Position numbers and translations under genes: made by a program
The notes under the pieces: model-generated
Seen by the model: only the letters and a program-made list of their open reading frames with translations
Told to the model about the DNA's origin: nothing
Database searches by the model: none
Origin: Bacteroidaceae bacterium
GTDB taxonomy: Bacteria; Bacteroidota; Bacteroidia; Bacteroidales; Barnesiellaceae_A
Direction of reading: 5' to 3'
Assembly (NCBI GenBank): GCA_017531985.1
Contig: JAFXJY010000036.1
Span: 2,298 to 66,297, forward strand
DNA: 64,000 nucleotides
In this document: in pieces, positions 30,438-41,086 of the stretch
How positions within the stretch are numbered: the stretch's first letter is position 1
Layout: the number at the start of each line of letters is the position of its first letter

Positions 30438-33020
30438 GTGGAACAGAAAACGTACACTTACGAAGAAGCCTTTGCAGCTTCTCTTGAATACTTCAATGGA
30501 GACGAACTTGCAGCTCGTGTATGGGTCAACAAGTACGCACTAAAAGACTCCTTTGGAAATATCTATGAAAAAACACCCGATGACATGCACTGGCGTTTGG
30601 CCAATGAGATAGCACGCATCGAGCAGAAGTACACCAACCCTATGTCGGCACAGGAACTATTCGATCTCATGGCTCATTTCCGATATATTGTGCCACAAGG
30701 TAGTCCTATGACAGGTATTGGCAACAATTTTCAGATTGGTTCGCTTTCTAACTGTTTTGTGGTAGGATTGACAGGAGAACCCGACTCCTACGGCGGTATC
30801 ATCAAGATTGACGAAGAACAAGTCCAACTGATGAAACGTCGTGGTGGTGTGGGACACGACTTGTCGCACATCCGTCCCAAAGGCTCGCCGGTCAAGAACT
30901 CAGCCCTTACCTCTACCGGTCTAGTCCCCTTTATGGAACGTTTTTCCAACTCTACTCGCGAGGTGGCACAAGATGGTCGTCGAGGTGCATTGATGTTGAC
31001 AGTCTCCATCAAACACCCCGATTCGGAAGCCTTTATAGATGCCAAGATGATAGAAGGCAAAGTGACCGGTGCCAATGTATCGGTGAAAATCGACGACCGG
31101 TTTATGGAAGCAGCCGTATCGGGCGAACCTTATATTCAACAATATCCCATCGATTCGAAAGATCCCTATGTCACCAAGGAGGTAAATGCCCGTGAGATAT
31201 GGCGTAAAATAGTACACAATGCATGGAAATCGGCCGAGCCGGGTGTATTATTCTGGGATACCATCACTCGTGAATCAGTCCCTGACTGCTATGCCGACCT
31301 CGGATTTAAAACCGTATCAACTAATCCATGCGGTGAAATTCCTTTATGTCCTTATGATAGCTGCCGTCTTTTAGCAGTCAATCTATACTCCTATGTGGTA
31401 AACCCCTTTACTCCCGAGGCTTATTTCGATTACGAGTTGTTCAAGCAACACATTGCCAAGGCTCAACGAATCATGGACGATATAATTGATCTCGAGATGG
31501 AGAAAATCGAGAAAATTATCGAAAAGATTGCCGCTGACCCTGAAACAGAAGAAGTAAAACACACCGAATTGAACCTGTGGAATAAAATACGCACACGCAC
31601 ATTGCAAGGCCGTCGCACCGGTGTGGGTACAACTGCCGAGGGTGATATGATAGCTTCACTCGGATTGCGTTATGGTACAGAAGAAGCAACAGCAATGTCG
31701 GAAGAGGTGCATCGTACATTGGCATTGGCAGCCTATCGCTCGTCGGTCGAGTTGGCTCGTGAGCGTGGTGCATTCGAGATATTTGATGCAAAGCGTGAGG
31801 CTGATAACCCATTTATCAATCGATTGCGTGAAGCCGACCCCGAATTATATGATTTGATGGTAAAATATGGTCGCCGCAACATCGCATGTTTGACCATAGC
31901 ACCCACAGGAACCACCTCGTTGATGACACAGACTACCTCCGGTATTGAGCCTGTATTCTTACCGGTATATAAGCGTCGTCGTAAGGTGAATCCCAATGAC
32001 CCCGATGTACATGTCGACTTCATGGATGAGAGCGGTGATGCCTTTGAGGAATATGTTGTATATCATCACAAGTTCCTCACATGGATGCAAACCAATAACT
32101 TTGAAAAGAAAGATAAATTTACACAAGAAGAGATAGATGCACTCGTGGCCAAGTCGCCTTATTATAAAGCAACATCGAACGATGTCGATTGGATGCAAAA
32201 AGTACGCATGCAGGGACGTGTACAGAAGTGGGTCGATCACTCTATCAGTGTAACCATCAACCTACCCAACGATGTAAGTGAGGAACTGGTAAATGAGCTA
32301 TATGTCGAGGCATGGCGTTCGGGTTGTAAGGGCTGTACAGTTTATCGTGATGGCTCACGCTCGGGTGTACTTATCTCGGTAAGTAAAGAGAAAGAGGAAA
32401 AAGAGAAACGCAAAGCCGCCGAAGCTGCCGCGTTGGAATCGAACACTGCACCTGCTACCGGGCTTCCCGTTATTGCTCATAAGCGACCTATCGAACTCGA
32501 AGCCGATGTGGTACGGTTCCAGAATAATAAGGAAAAATGGATTGCTTTCGTCGGGCTGCTTGATGGTAAACCATATGAGATATTTACCGGTCTTGCCGAT
32601 GATGATGATGGTATATTCTGTCCTAAGAATGTAACCAAGGGTAAGATTATCAAGGCTGTTGATGCCGATGGCAACAAGAGGTACGACTTCCAGTTTGTTA
32701 ATAAACGTGGTTATAAGACCACTATTGAGGGCCTTTCCGATAAGTTTAATCCCGAGTACTGGAATTATGCTAAGTTGATTTCGGGAGTATTGCGTTACGG
32801 AATGCCTATTGACCAAGTTCTCAAACTCATATCAAGTCTCGAACTCGATAGTCAATCTATTAATACTTGGAAGAACGGTGTTGAACGTGCATTGAAAAAA
32901 TATTTGCCTAATGGTATGCAAGCCAGCGGACTAACATGTCCCAATTGTAAGCAAGAAACTCTTGTATATCAAGAAGGTTGTCTCATATGCACCAATTGTG
33001 GCACATCACGTTGCGGATGA
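30438..33020 (+). CDS. nrdJ: Adenosylcobalamin-dependent (class II) ribonucleotide reductase
   Basis: TNPCGEIPL active-site loop, RNR barrel sequence, C-terminal CPNCK...CTNCG tail. The likely start is GTG 30438 (VEQKTYTYEEAF). The in-frame ATG at 30339 adds 33 non-conserved-looking residues. Confidence 0.85.
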   Translation: MEQKTYTYEEAFAASLEYFNGDELAARVWVNKYALKDSFGNIYEKTPDDMHWRLANEIARIEQKYTNPMSAQELFDLMAHFRYIVPQGSPMTGIGNNFQIGSLSNCFVVGLTGEPDSYGGIIKIDEEQVQLMKRRGGVGHDLSHIRPKGSPVKNSALTSTGLVPFMERFSNSTREVAQDGRRGALMLTVSIKHPDSEAFIDAKMIEGKVTGANVSVKIDDRFMEAAVSGEPYIQQYPIDSKDPYVTKEVNAREIWRKIVHNAWKSAEPGVLFWDTITRESVPDCYADLGFKTVSTNPCGEIPLCPYDSCRLLAVNLYSYVVNPFTPEAYFDYELFKQHIAKAQRIMDDIIDLEMEKIEKIIEKIAADPETEEVKHTELNLWNKIRTRTLQGRRTGVGTTAEGDMIASLGLRYGTEEATAMSEEVHRTLALAAYRSSVELARERGAFEIFDAKREADNPFINRLREADPELYDLMVKYGRRNIACLTIAPTGTTSLMTQTTSGIEPVFLPVYKRRRKVNPNDPDVHVDFMDESGDAFEEYVVYHHKFLTWMQTNNFEKKDKFTQEEIDALVAKSPYYKATSNDVDWMQKVRMQGRVQKWVDHSISVTINLPNDVSEELVNELYVEAWRSGCKGCTVYRDGSRSGVLISVSKEKEEKEKRKAAEAAALESNTAPATGLPVIAHKRPIELEADVVRFQNNKEKWIAFVGLLDGKPYEIFTGLADDDDGIFCPKNVTKGKIIKAVDADGNKRYDFQFVNKRGYKTTIEGLSDKFNPEYWNYAKLISGVLRYGMPIDQVLKLISSLELDSQSINTWKNGVERALKKYLPNGMQASGLTCPNCKQETLVYQEGCLICTNCGTSRCG

Positions 33021-33060
33021 TGCTGTGATAATAAAATCCACTATTTAGTTTATAAATCGG

Positions 33061-33087
33061 CAGGGAACTTTTGTTCCCTGTTTTTTT
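33061..33087 (+). terminator. Rho-independent terminator of nrdJ
   Basis: cagggaac-tttt-gttccctg followed by T7. Confidence 0.85.
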
Positions 33088-33134
33088 ATTCTTATTTTTG
33101 TACTATGAAAAATTTTTAAAAAAGATATGTAGCT

Positions 33135-33482
33135 ATGAAAAAGACATTATTATCCTTAATGGTTATCATGATGACAACATTATTTACATCATGTATTACG
33201 TCAAGTGGGAAGTATTATCAACTCACCAATAACACCTCCTATCAATTGAGTGGTTCGATATGCGAATATGATACTTACGACAATTATATACAGCGTATCA
33301 ATTTTCACTTGGATACACATCAATCAACACCATCGATATTGGCTTCCGATAAGAGTAAAAAAGTAAAGATATTCCTATCGGACTATAACCAGTGGGTGGC
33401 TGATGTATATTATCTTAACAGCGTATTCTCTATCAATATATCGTTGGATAATGGTACTGAGCTAATTAATCACGAACCGTAG
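33135..33482 (+). CDS. Small putative lipoprotein
   Basis: Signal peptide plus lipobox: MTTLFTSCITS. Confidence 0.5.
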   Translation: MKKTLLSLMVIMMTTLFTSCITSSGKYYQLTNNTSYQLSGSICEYDTYDNYIQRINFHLDTHQSTPSILASDKSKKVKIFLSDYNQWVADVYYLNSVFSINISLDNGTELINHEP

Positions 33483-33565
33483 AGTGGCAATATCGTGTTG
33501 AAGCAATAGCTTCCTAAGTTTATATCTATCTGATGCAATTCATTGCTTAATCATTATACCTATAA

Positions 33566-33609
33566 CGCAAACGTGCGACAACTTAATCTAAGTGTGTCGC
33601 ACGTTGCGT
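33566..33609. terminator. Hairpin between convergent genes
   Basis: Arms cgcaaacgtgcgaca / tgtcgcacgttgcg, 14 bp with one bulge. Confidence 0.6.
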
Positions 33610-33632
33610 ACCTTACAGAATGGAGTAGGAAA

Positions 33633-35216
33633 TTATGAATGCTTAATTTCCATTTCTTCTTTCATGTCTAATTCGTTATGCTCCTGATCAAAGAAACGAT
33701 ATTCGAGCAGAGCAAGTGACTGGTCGGGGATTAATTTCATTCGGCATGAATACTTTCGTCGCCATTGCCATTTGATGGAAAATAATCCACCTTTATCGAG
33801 GTAGGCTGCTACATAAGGATGCACATGTAGCGTAAATTTGTCTTTTTTGAGATTCTGAACCATGTATGCCACTTTATCTTCAAGGCGGTCGGTAAACAAC
33901 ATCGAAGGCTGTATAACACCTTGACCATGACAGGTGGGGCATTCTTCGCTGGTAGTAATGTCGAGAGCCGGACGTACACGTTGGCGAGTAATCTGCATAA
34001 GACCAAACTTGGTAAGAGGCAGGATATTGTGTCGGGCTCGGTCGTTGGCCATCAATTCCCGCATGCGATCGTATAGACGTTGGCGGTTCTCTGTCTCGTT
34101 CATGTCTATGAAGTCGATGACTATGATACCACCCATGTCTCGCAGTCGCAGTTGGCGAGCTATCTCCTCTGCCGCATTTAGATTTACCTCTATTGCGTTA
34201 CTCTCTTGGTTGGTGGCGTTTTTCGAGCGGTTTCCACTATTGACATCTATTACATGAAGTGCTTCGGTGTGTTCGATAATGATATATGCTCCACTTTTAA
34301 AGGATACGGTCTTACCAAAAGATGATTTTACTTGCTTGGTAAGCCCGAAATTGTCGAATATGGGAAGCTCTCCATCATATTGTTTTACAATACCTACCAG
34401 CTCAGGGGCAATGATGCTTACATAGTTGTAAATCTGCTGATAAGTGGCACGGTCATTGACATAAATATTCTCAAATGACGGACTGAATATGTCTCGTAGC
34501 ATTCCTACGGCTCTACTCGTCTCTTCATATACAAGAGCGGGGGCCTTTTCTTTACTGCGTACACATTCGATACATTCTTCCCAACTCTTTACGAGCGATT
34601 TCATTTCATTGTTTAGTTCGGCTACACGTTTACCTTCGGCAACTGTGCGAACTATTACACCGAAATTTTTAGGCTTGATACTCTGTATGAGTTGTCTTAA
34701 TCTTGCACGTTCTTCACTCGACTTGATTTTCTGTGATACCGATACCTTGTCGGCAAAGGGGATAAGAACCAAGAAGCGACCGGCAAATGATATTTCAGCG
34801 GTCAGTCGTGGACCTTTGGTCGATATCGGCTCTTTGGTAATCTGTACTAGAATCTCCTGTCCTACGGTTAGTGCATCGGCTATGGTACTCTCCTTTTCGA
34901 GAGGTTTCTGCATTGTGAACTTTGAGAGTGCGATATTTTTTTTATTCTCACCACGTTGGGTCTTGGTGTAAACTGACGATGTTGTAAAATATGGACCCAA
35001 GTCAAGATAATGCAGAAATGCATCCTTTTCGTAACCTACGTCGACAAATGCTGCATTGAGACCCGGCATTAACTTTTTGACACGTCCCAGATATATGTTG
35101 CCTACGGCATACGATATATTATGAGGTTCCTTTTGCAATTCTACCAGACGCTTGTCTTCGAGCAATGCAATGGACACTTCTTTGGGTTGTACGTCAACTA
35201 CGAGTTCCGATGACAT
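33633..35216 (-). CDS. rng: Ribonuclease E/G family (RNase G)
   Basis: N-terminal S1 domain (GNIYLGRVKKLMPGLNAAFVDVG), then the RNase E/G catalytic core (HVIDVNSG). Confidence 0.85.
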   Translation of the reverse strand: MSSELVVDVQPKEVSIALLEDKRLVELQKEPHNISYAVGNIYLGRVKKLMPGLNAAFVDVGYEKDAFLHYLDLGPYFTTSSVYTKTQRGENKKNIALSKFTMQKPLEKESTIADALTVGQEILVQITKEPISTKGPRLTAEISFAGRFLVLIPFADKVSVSQKIKSSEERARLRQLIQSIKPKNFGVIVRTVAEGKRVAELNNEMKSLVKSWEECIECVRSKEKAPALVYEETSRAVGMLRDIFSPSFENIYVNDRATYQQIYNYVSIIAPELVGIVKQYDGELPIFDNFGLTKQVKSSFGKTVSFKSGAYIIIEHTEALHVIDVNSGNRSKNATNQESNAIEVNLNAAEEIARQLRLRDMGGIIVIDFIDMNETENRQRLYDRMRELMANDRARHNILPLTKFGLMQITRQRVRPALDITTSEECPTCHGQGVIQPSMLFTDRLEDKVAYMVQNLKKDKFTLHVHPYVAAYLDKGGLFSIKWQWRRKYSCRMKLIPDQSLALLEYRFFDQEHNELDMKEEMEIKHS

Positions 35217-35290
35217 AATTTGTATTTTGGGGTTACTAATAATTTTCGGGACATTGTTGTAGGCTTGTCTCGATAGAGCCGTGTAGATAA

Positions 35291-35340
35291 AATCAAGAAA
35301 AGAACAAACTTATGACTCAACTATCAATAAGTTTGTTCTT
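35291..35340 (-). terminator. Terminator after the small basic protein gene
   Basis: 13-bp perfect stem aagaacaaactta/taagtttgttctt, U-rich on the minus-strand 3' side. Confidence 0.6.
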
Positions 35341-35384
35341 TTTCGACGATTGCATTTGAAAGTCTTGTCAATCAGAAATTGATA

Positions 35385-35474
35385 TTATTTCTTCTTGTGA
35401 CGATTCTTTCTCAGTCTTTTTTTACGTTTGTGAGTGGCCATCTTGTGACCTTTTCTTTTTTTACCGTTAGGCAT
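35385..35474 (-). CDS. 29-aa highly basic protein, bTHX/bS22-type small ribosomal protein of Bacteroidota (name from memory)
   Basis: Own translation: MPNGKKRKGHKMATHKRKKRLRKNRHKKK. Below the ORF-track size cutoff. Lies between hup and a strong terminator. Confidence 0.7.
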   Translation of the reverse strand: MPNGKKRKGHKMATHKRKKRLRKNRHKKK

Positions 35475-35518
35475 AGCTTTATATTTTAAGTGTTCAAAAA
35501 TTTAAATTTCCTACTTTA

Positions 35519-35791
35519 TTATTTTACCTCATTCATGAATGTTTTGGCAGGCTTGAATGCAGGTATATTGTGTGCAGGTATGATGATAGTTGTTTTCTTA
35601 GAGATATTGCGAGCTGTCTTTTGGGCACGTTGCTTTACAATAAAGCTACCAAAACCTCTCAAATAAACATTTTCGCCTTTTGCCAAAGAGTCTTTCACTG
35701 TCTCCATGAACTTCTCTACTGTTTCAAGCACTACGACTTTCTCGATGCCGGTGCTTTTTGCAATCTCGTTTACGATGTCAGCTTTTGTCAT
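35519..35791 (-). CDS. hup: HU-family DNA-binding protein
   Basis: 90 aa, MTKADIVNEIA...GFGSF...R.ARN..T. Confidence 0.9.
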   Translation of the reverse strand: MTKADIVNEIAKSTGIEKVVVLETVEKFMETVKDSLAKGENVYLRGFGSFIVKQRAQKTARNISKKTTIIIPAHNIPAFKPAKTFMNEVK

Positions 35792-35844
35792 TGTTGTAAC
35801 GTTTTACGATTATTTTATTATGAATTTTCTAATTTTTTGAATTG

Positions 35845-35852
35845 CAAAGATA
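35845..35852 (-). promoter_or_regulatory. -7 box TAtcTTTG for hup
   Basis: The reverse complement of caaagata, about 55 nt upstream of the ATG at 35791. Confidence 0.5.
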
Positions 35853-35983
35853 TAGCTTTTTTATTGTACTTCAAAAGCAATTTCCTAAAAAAAATGGTTG
35901 TTCTTAGGTCTTATCCGCAAAACGGTTGCAAATATCGTGATTTTTTTCGACTTATACTATATTTTAAAGGGTTTTTTAATAAT

Positions 35984-37372
35984 TTATTCTGGTATTTTTT
36001 CACAATAGTAGTGATAAAGTGTCATTACTTGGCGAACGTAGCTTGTTGTCTGGCGTCCTCGGAAATATCCAAAGCGGCACACATCATCGTTGTAGTAGGC
36101 AGGATTGCTTTTCATTAGCATGGCTTCTTCCACTTCGCCATACCATTTTTGTGGGTTTTTACCATGTTTCTTGGCAAGGGCTATGGCATCAAAGACGTGA
36201 CCCAATCCCGAGTTGTAGGCTGCGAGAACAAACATGATTTTCTCCTCAGGGTCTTCTATGCTCTTGATACTGCGTTCTACTGCTTGTATTGACTTGACGG
36301 CGGCACGGACATTGGGTTCGGGATAGGCTATACTATCCATCCCCACTCCAAAGGCTGCTGCTGTGGCCGGCATGAGCTGCATAATACCACGAGCTCCTGC
36401 CCACGATACGACTGTGGTGTCAAATCGTGATTCGTGGTAGGCTATGGAGGCTAACATACGCCAGTCCCACCCTATCTTTGCTGCTTCTCTCTTGAAAATG
36501 TCATCGTATTCCGATATTCGTCCATCGATGAGTGATTGTATTGATGCTGCTGTGTACTGTTTGTTTGATTCGAAATATCGCTTGGAGATAGCTTGCAGGG
36601 CATTGCTGTCTTTTTCGGAGGTTATCCATTCGTTGATGGCTTGTGCCAGCATGGGCGAATTGTTGCGTACTGCCCATCGGGAGCGTTGTGGAAAGCTGAT
36701 GGGCAGATATATATCTATGTTGTGGTAAAAGGTACGATTGAGTCGGGCTACATTTTCATCGGCAAGTGTATAAGGTATTTCTCCTCTTGATACCATCTCT
36801 ATCAGGTCTTCTGTTACGATGGTATCTTTGTCGATACAATGGATGTTAATGCCTCCGCCCAACTCTTGATTGAGGTTCTTGATGCGTTCTTCATACTTCG
36901 AGTTGCGTTCCACATATACGTCTTGCCCTATCAATTCGGTTACATCCGATATGGGATTTTTGTCTTGTTGTACGATTACTTGGGCACTTATGCGTTCAGG
37001 TCCACAATGCAGCATCATATCTTTGGTATCACCCGTAATGGGTATTTCGTAGGCTATGACATCACCTATGCTGTCCAGTAGCATTTGCATCAGGTGACCG
37101 ATGTTGTCGGCAACTATAACTTTGACGCGGAGTCCATGATTGTCGGCAAATCGTTTTATCATTTCATACTCATATCCACGTTCCTCGCCTTTATATATAA
37201 AGTAGGAGGTTGACCCCGATAGCGTAAGTACTCGCAGTTCACCGGATGTGAGTATTGTTTCAAAGTCGTTATTTATTGCCTTTTCGTTGCTCTTCTTTTC
37301 CAAGCAACTATTAAAAGCAATGCATAACAGCAGGCTCAGGATAGATGTTTGAATGAATTGTTTCCACCTCAT
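35984..37372 (-). CDS. mltF: Membrane-bound lytic murein transglycosylase F-like (solute-binding domain plus SLT domain)
   Basis: Lipoprotein signal LLLCIAFNSC. SLT motif AYHESRFD...GARGIMQLMP. The start is moved to MRWKQF (37372). Confidence 0.8.
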   Translation of the reverse strand: MRWKQFIQTSILSLLLCIAFNSCLEKKSNEKAINNDFETILTSGELRVLTLSGSTSYFIYKGEERGYEYEMIKRFADNHGLRVKVIVADNIGHLMQMLLDSIGDVIAYEIPITGDTKDMMLHCGPERISAQVIVQQDKNPISDVTELIGQDVYVERNSKYEERIKNLNQELGGGINIHCIDKDTIVTEDLIEMVSRGEIPYTLADENVARLNRTFYHNIDIYLPISFPQRSRWAVRNNSPMLAQAINEWITSEKDSNALQAISKRYFESNKQYTAASIQSLIDGRISEYDDIFKREAAKIGWDWRMLASIAYHESRFDTTVVSWAGARGIMQLMPATAAAFGVGMDSIAYPEPNVRAAVKSIQAVERSIKSIEDPEEKIMFVLAAYNSGLGHVFDAIALAKKHGKNPQKWYGEVEEAMLMKSNPAYYNDDVCRFGYFRGRQTTSYVRQVMTLYHYYCEKIPE

Positions 37373-37457
37373 AGTGTCAAGTAATAACAAATGAGAGGTG
37401 GCGAAATATCTGTTTCGCACCTCTCATCCCATAATATTTATATTTGTAATATATTTA

Positions 37458-38069
37458 TTAACGATTGAGTTTATGCGATATAAAATCTTTCATCATTTCA
37501 ATAGCGACATGATTGTGTCCTCCTTGCGGAATGATAAGGTCGGCATATCGCTTGGTAGGCTCAATGTGTTGTAGATGCATGGGACGAAGTACTCGTTCGT
37601 ATCGTTCCAATACCATTTCTACGGTACGTCCGCGTTCTATAATATCGCGATTGATAACTCGGATGAGTCGTTCATCGCTGTCGGCATCGACAAAGATTTT
37701 TATGTCGAGCATATCACGCAGAGCCGGATCACATAAGATGAGAATACCTTCGACGATGATAATGTCGCGTGGTTCTACATGTATTGTTTGGGGTTGACGT
37801 GTACATGTCAGGTAGGAATAAGTAGGCTGTTCGATGGACTGACCCGACTTGAGTTGCTGCAATTGCTTGACTAACAAATCCCACTCTATGGCAGCAGGTT
37901 CGTCAAAGTTGAGTTTCAACCTTTCTTCAAGGGGTAAGTGGCTACTATCTTTATAATATGAGTCTTGCGGTATTACAGCCACCTCTCCTTCGCTGAAACT
38001 CTCAACAATCTTGCGAACTACGGTTGTCTTTCCCGAGCCAGTTCCTCCTGCTATTCCTATGACTAACAT
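37458..38069 (-). CDS. udk: Uridine kinase
   Basis: GIAGGTGSGKTT P-loop, 203 aa. Confidence 0.9.
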   Translation of the reverse strand: MLVIGIAGGTGSGKTTVVRKIVESFSEGEVAVIPQDSYYKDSSHLPLEERLKLNFDEPAAIEWDLLVKQLQQLKSGQSIEQPTYSYLTCTRQPQTIHVEPRDIIIVEGILILCDPALRDMLDIKIFVDADSDERLIRVINRDIIERGRTVEMVLERYERVLRPMHLQHIEPTKRYADLIIPQGGHNHVAIEMMKDFISHKLNR

Positions 38070-38087
38070 ATATTATCAATCGCTTTA

Positions 38088-39254
38088 TTAGTAAATAAAT
38101 CGACCCTTCTCCGATTCGATAATCAGTTCGTTATGATCACACTCTTCGACGCGACCTATTACTTGGGCTTCAATACCGAAACTTTGTGCCACTTCGATAA
38201 CTTGGTCTGCATCGTCGGGACTTACATATACTTCCATGCGATGACCCATATTGAATACCTTGTACATCTCCTGCCAGTCAGTTCCCGATTGTTGCTGTAT
38301 TGTGCGGAAAAGTGGCGGTATGGGGAACATGTTGTCTTTTATAACACGCTTGTTCTCAACGAAGTGCATGACCTTGGTCTGAGCTCCGCCCGAGCAGTGT
38401 ACCATGCCATGTACCCGTGGACGCATCTTATCGAGCAATTTCTTTATTACGGGAGCATAAGTGCGAGTGGGTGATAATACAAGTTTGCCGGCATCAATAT
38501 CTACTCCATCAACAGCATCGGTCAGTTTCAAACCTCCCGAATAGACAAGCTCCTCCGGTACTGCATTGTCGAAACTTTCAGGATACTTCTCGGCAAGGTA
38601 CTTGGCAAAAACATCGTGGCGAGCCGAGGTGAGTCCATTGCTACCCATTCCACCATTATACTCTTTTTCATAAGTAGCTTTACCATATGAGGCCATACCC
38701 ACAATCACATCACCGGCAGCAATATTGGCATTGTCAATGACATCGGCACGACGCATGCGACAAGTTACTGTGCTATCGACAATGATCGTACGCACAAGAT
38801 CACCCACATCGGCTGTCTCACCACCTGTTGCATAGGCATTTACGCCCATCTCTCGCAATTCGGCAAGTAGTTCTTCTGTTCCATTTATAATGGCCGAGAT
38901 GACCTCTCCGGGTACAAGTAGTTTATTACGACCTATTGTTGAAGATACTAATATATTATCGGTGGCACCTACACAGAGGAGGTCATCGATGTTCATGATA
39001 AGAGCATCTTGTGCAATACCTTTCCACACTGATAAGTCACCTGTTTCACGCCAGTATAGGTAGGCCAATGACGATTTAGTACCGGCACCATCAGCATGCA
39101 TGATGTTGCAATATTCGGCATCTCCACCCAATATGTCGGGTATTATCTTGCAGAATGCCTTGGGAAAGATTCCCTTATCGATATTTTTAATAGCGTTGTG
39201 TACATCTTCTTTCGATGCTGATACACCACGCATGTTGTAACGTTGGTCACTCAT
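38088..39254 (-). CDS. purM: AIR synthase family protein (phosphoribosylformylglycinamidine cyclo-ligase type)
   Basis: PurM-like N- and C-terminal domains (HADGAGTK, DDLLCVGA). Confidence 0.7.
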   Translation of the reverse strand: MSDQRYNMRGVSASKEDVHNAIKNIDKGIFPKAFCKIIPDILGGDAEYCNIMHADGAGTKSSLAYLYWRETGDLSVWKGIAQDALIMNIDDLLCVGATDNILVSSTIGRNKLLVPGEVISAIINGTEELLAELREMGVNAYATGGETADVGDLVRTIIVDSTVTCRMRRADVIDNANIAAGDVIVGMASYGKATYEKEYNGGMGSNGLTSARHDVFAKYLAEKYPESFDNAVPEELVYSGGLKLTDAVDGVDIDAGKLVLSPTRTYAPVIKKLLDKMRPRVHGMVHCSGGAQTKVMHFVENKRVIKDNMFPIPPLFRTIQQQSGTDWQEMYKVFNMGHRMEVYVSPDDADQVIEVAQSFGIEAQVIGRVEECDHNELIIESEKGRFIY

Positions 39255-39277
39255 AAGTATATAATTTGCTTTATGCG

Positions 39278-41065
39278 TTAATCCAGTTTCAATACAGCTA
39301 AGAATGCTTTTTGAGGCACTTCTACTGTACCTATTTGTTTCATTCTTTTTTTACCTTTTTTCTGTTTTTCAAGCAGTTTGCGTTTACGACTGATATCACC
39401 ACCGTAGCATTTTGCAGTAACATCTTTGCGTACAGCCTTGATGGTTTCACGAGCTATAATCTTGGCACCTATGGCGGCTTGTATCGCTATGTCGAATTGC
39501 TGACGAGGTATCAACTCTTTGAGTTTCTCGCACATGCGACGACCGAATGTTACGGCATTGTCCACGTGGGTCAATGTTGATAACGCGTCGACACTCTCAC
39601 CATTGAGGAGTATATCGAGTTTTACCAATCGACTTTCTCGATAATCATGGATGTGATAATCGAACGAGGCATAGCCTTTCGATATAGATTTTAACTTATC
39701 GTAGAAGTCGATTACTATTTCGCCCAATGGCATGTCGTAAATCAGTTCTACACGATTGCCTGATATATATTCTTGCTTGATAAGTTCACCTCGCTTACCG
39801 AGGCACAATGTCATAATGGGTCCAATGTAATCGGTTGCGGTGATAACTGATGCACGAATATATGGTTCCTCTATGTGATCTATCATGGTTATATCGGGAA
39901 GTCCTGATGGGTTGTGTACTTCCGATTTATTGCCCTTCTTATCGTACACCATGTACGACACATTGGGAACTGTTGTAATGACATCCATGTCGAACTCTCT
40001 ATCGAGACGCTCTTGTACGATCTCCATGTGTAAGAGTCCTAAGAATCCGCATCGGAAACCAAAGCCTAATGCTGCTGATGACTCGGGCTGGAATGTTAGA
40101 GAGGCATCGTTGAGTTGCAGTTTTTCCAATGACGCTCGTAGATTTTCAAAATCCTCGGTGTCGATGGGATAAACTCCGGCAAAAACCATGGGCTTGACTT
40201 CTTCAAATCCATCAATAGCATGCTCGCAGGGTGTCTGTACATGCGTAATGGTGTCTCCCACCTTGACTTCGCGAGATGTTTTGATACCCGATATGATGTA
40301 ACCCACATCACCTGCCGATAGTTCGTTGCGAGGTGACATGTCAAGTTTTAGCACTCCTATTTCATCGGCGTCATACTCTTTGCCTGTGGCAACAAATTTT
40401 ACCATGTCGCCTTTGCGAATGCGGCCATTGCATATCTTGAAGTAAGCTATGATTCCACGAAAAGGATTGAACACCGAGTCAAAGATGAGACATTGCAATG
40501 GTGCATTGACATCACCTTGTGGAGCGGGTATGCGTTCGATGATTGCAGCCAATATCTCTTCAATACCGATACCGGTTTTACCGCTGGCTCGTATTATTTC
40601 TTCACGCTTGCAGCCGAGCAGTTCTATGATTTGGTCTTCTACTTCCTCGGGCATGGCACTATCAAGGTCTACCTTGTTTACCACAGGTATAATTTCAAGG
40701 TCATTTTCGATGGCCATATATAGGTTGGAAATAGTCTGTGCCTGAATGCCTTGTGAGGCATCTACTATGAGCAATGCACCTTCGCAAGCTGCTATCGAAC
40801 GTGACACTTCGTACGAGAAGTCGACGTGCCCCGGAGTATCAATCAGGTTGAGTATAAATTTTTCACCTTTGTACATATATTCCATCTGTATGGCATGACT
40901 CTTGATGGTGATACCGCGTTCGCGTTCCAAGTCCATGTCATCGAGTACCTGATTTTGCAAATCTTTCCCGGCTATTGTGTTGGTAAATTCAAGCAAGCGG
41001 TCGGCAAGGGTACTCTTACCATGATCGATGTGTGCAATGATGCAAAAATTACGGATATGATTCAT
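39278..41065 (-). CDS. lepA: Elongation factor 4
   Basis: [12 protein letters not shown] and DTPGHVDF, with the LepA C-terminal domain. Confidence 0.95.
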   Translation of the reverse strand: MNHIRNFCIIAHIDHGKSTLADRLLEFTNTIAGKDLQNQVLDDMDLERERGITIKSHAIQMEYMYKGEKFILNLIDTPGHVDFSYEVSRSIAACEGALLIVDASQGIQAQTISNLYMAIENDLEIIPVVNKVDLDSAMPEEVEDQIIELLGCKREEIIRASGKTGIGIEEILAAIIERIPAPQGDVNAPLQCLIFDSVFNPFRGIIAYFKICNGRIRKGDMVKFVATGKEYDADEIGVLKLDMSPRNELSAGDVGYIISGIKTSREVKVGDTITHVQTPCEHAIDGFEEVKPMVFAGVYPIDTEDFENLRASLEKLQLNDASLTFQPESSAALGFGFRCGFLGLLHMEIVQERLDREFDMDVITTVPNVSYMVYDKKGNKSEVHNPSGLPDITMIDHIEEPYIRASVITATDYIGPIMTLCLGKRGELIKQEYISGNRVELIYDMPLGEIVIDFYDKLKSISKGYASFDYHIHDYRESRLVKLDILLNGESVDALSTLTHVDNAVTFGRRMCEKLKELIPRQQFDIAIQAAIGAKIIARETIKAVRKDVTAKCYGGDISRKRKLLEKQKKGKKRMKQIGTVEVPQKAFLAVLKLD

Positions 41066-41086
41066 TCTGTATATTTCGTAGTTGTA

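Noticed and set aside
35570-36118. 182-aa plus-strand ORF spanning hup antisense, an AT-rich spacer and mltF antisense
   Set aside because: A low-complexity Phe/Leu/Cys-rich translation of AT-rich DNA that crosses two real genes on the other strand.
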